A DNA stretch of 64,000 bases from Chrysomallon squamiferum (lineage: Eukaryota > Animalia > Mollusca): positions 21,018,001 through 21,082,000 of the forward strand of contig CM022673.1 in assembly GCA_012295275.1 (NCBI GenBank), read 5' to 3'. Shown here one piece after another: positions 62,335 through 64,000 of the stretch. Below the pieces are notes generated by a model that saw nothing but the letters and a program-made list of their open reading frames with translations, did no database searches and was not told the origin of the DNA. Made by a program: the position numbers and the translations under genes. Numbering within the stretch: the stretch's first letter is position 1; each line of letters opens with the position of its first letter.

Positions 62335-62400
62335 AATGAATGAATGAATGTTTAACGATACCCAAGCACTGAAAAAATATATTGGCTATTGGGTGTCAAA
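62335..62400 (-). mobile_element. Probable retroposon 3' end: stem-loop followed by (CATT)n tail on the minus strand
   Basis: (GAAT)n abuts GTTTAACGATACCCAAGC...GCTATTGGGTGTCAAA, which can fold into a hairpin. Hairpin plus short tandem tail is typical of LINE/SINE 3' ends. Confidence 0.45.
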
Positions 62401-63197
62401 TAAAGTTAAATATACCAAAATGGTGAATATTTTCTATATAAAAATTCAATATTAAAATTAGTCAAAACGCAGTGTAAACAGCTGTGCAAAAAGTATCAGA
62501 TTCTATTTAAATTATTTTAGATTACGTTTTTTTTTTTGAAGAAATTGCCCCTTCCCGAATAGCTGTTAACTGCTCTGACAGTAATACACATAGATAAGTG
62601 AATTTTCAGTTTCATTTAAATCTTTATAAAAAAAAAGTGAGTTCCATACTTTTACCTCCCCCCACCCAATTGATGTGAAAAACCCTGGATACCTTATTTT
62701 AATATATGATAAAAATTCCAAGATAATTCTGTTTTAAATAAATAATTATGTTTCAGTTAATTATTCAGTTTAGCTTTGTATTTGGTAATCCAGCTGTATC
62801 TTTTGTATAACTAGCTTCAAGGCAACGTGAAGAAAATATTTTTACAAGTCTCTTGCATTCTTACCACAGGAGGCGCTAGTCCTGTTACAGAAAACTTTTA
62901 GAATTATTATATATTATGTAATCAAATACGAGTGTTAAGTCTTTAAATCAACATTTTATTACATTGTCCATAGCAATAATTTTGAAAATGTGCAGCTAAC
63001 AATTCATAACGAATAAATGCTTAGAACTAAACTACTTAATTCATCGCATTTCTGTAACGGAATAAAATTTACCTTCTGGAGCATCAGCCTTAAACATTTT
63101 TTGAAATGAGGTTTTCAATACAATACAATGGAAGCGTATTCCTATATCGGTATCATTTTTTTAACCAGTTTTCGAAATGATGATAAAAAAAAGAAAA

Positions 63198-63244
<47 letters not shown>

Positions 63245-64000
63245 TAATAATAATAAGTATATTAAGTAATAATAATATTTGCTTTTAATTCGCAGAGTAG
63301 AGTATTTCTCTAAAGTGTTTAATGTTGAATGTTCTCACGTTTTATTCAATAAATTATTTATAATTAATTAAAAACAAATTGAAATTATTCTCAACACACC
63401 TTCGGCATCTTAACATAGAATCGATGGCAGTGTTTCTAAAAAGAAATTAACTAAAGAAGGGGAAAAGGGGAGATAAGAAAGGAATCAACAATATTTTAAT
63501 GGATAACGGATGGCACGTTATACATTTTCGAAAAACTCAAACGACACATTGTTTGAAGCCATCTTTATTTTCGTTATGGTTGATCGAACAGCTTCAGTTA
63601 AGCTACAGTAAACAGTTTGTATTTGAAATAACGTTTATTTTTCATGTTAATCAGAATAATTAATAATTTTTAAAGAAAAACCAGGTCTGGCCGTAGGGAA
63701 AATTTAACAAATATAATTTTAGAAACATTTTAGCATTTCGTACTTAATTAAAAATAAATTAATAAATATGAAGACAGAAGACAATAAAAGGGCATTTTTG
63801 TGTGGAGGACATTGTGTTTACATGTTTCTGAAACACGAACACTGACCACCTTCAGACTAGAATGAACAGCAAAGATAAAATGAAATCCAGCAGCAATCGT
63901 TTGTTTTCAAGCCAGTTGTTTTTTCCAGAACACAGTACGTAAATGTTTTGTTTTTAAACGTTATTAATTAACGAGTTTAGTATCGATATGTTAAGGTATT

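Noticed and set aside
62863-62880. CTCF-like motif CCACAGGAGGCGCTAG (partial match also at ~40874)
   Set aside because: Imperfect single motif matches that cannot be supported from sequence alone.

Overview
AT-rich, microsatellite-laden eukaryotic (invertebrate, probably molluscan) genomic DNA. Almost all ORFs in the supplied track are simple-repeat artefacts, so the genes were reconstructed by hand from GT-AG boundaries and phase continuity. (1) A complete + strand class B1 (secretin-family) GPCR of the calcitonin/CGRP/DH31-receptor type has 13 coding exons from 16167 to 50935 and encodes about 439 aa. It has no evident signal peptide, a 15.6-kb first coding intron, and candidate 5' UTR and alternative exons. 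(2) A complete + strand 4-exon secreted F-type lectin (fucolectin) with a C-terminal PAN/apple domain spans 58160-61388 (about 238 aa), and its fucose-binding His is replaced by Gln. (3) A frameshifted F-type lectin paralog exon lies on the minus strand (55692-55876), head-to-head with the intact gene and possibly part of a spliced non-coding transcript. Also present are two MITE-like elements, three minisatellites (one interrupted by a TSD-flanked, 5'-truncated retroposon-like insert), a ~190-bp dispersed duplication bracketing the first GPCR coding exon, and many SSRs. I see no evidence for a prokaryote-style novel system; the best leads are the lectin pair and the receptor isoform architecture.
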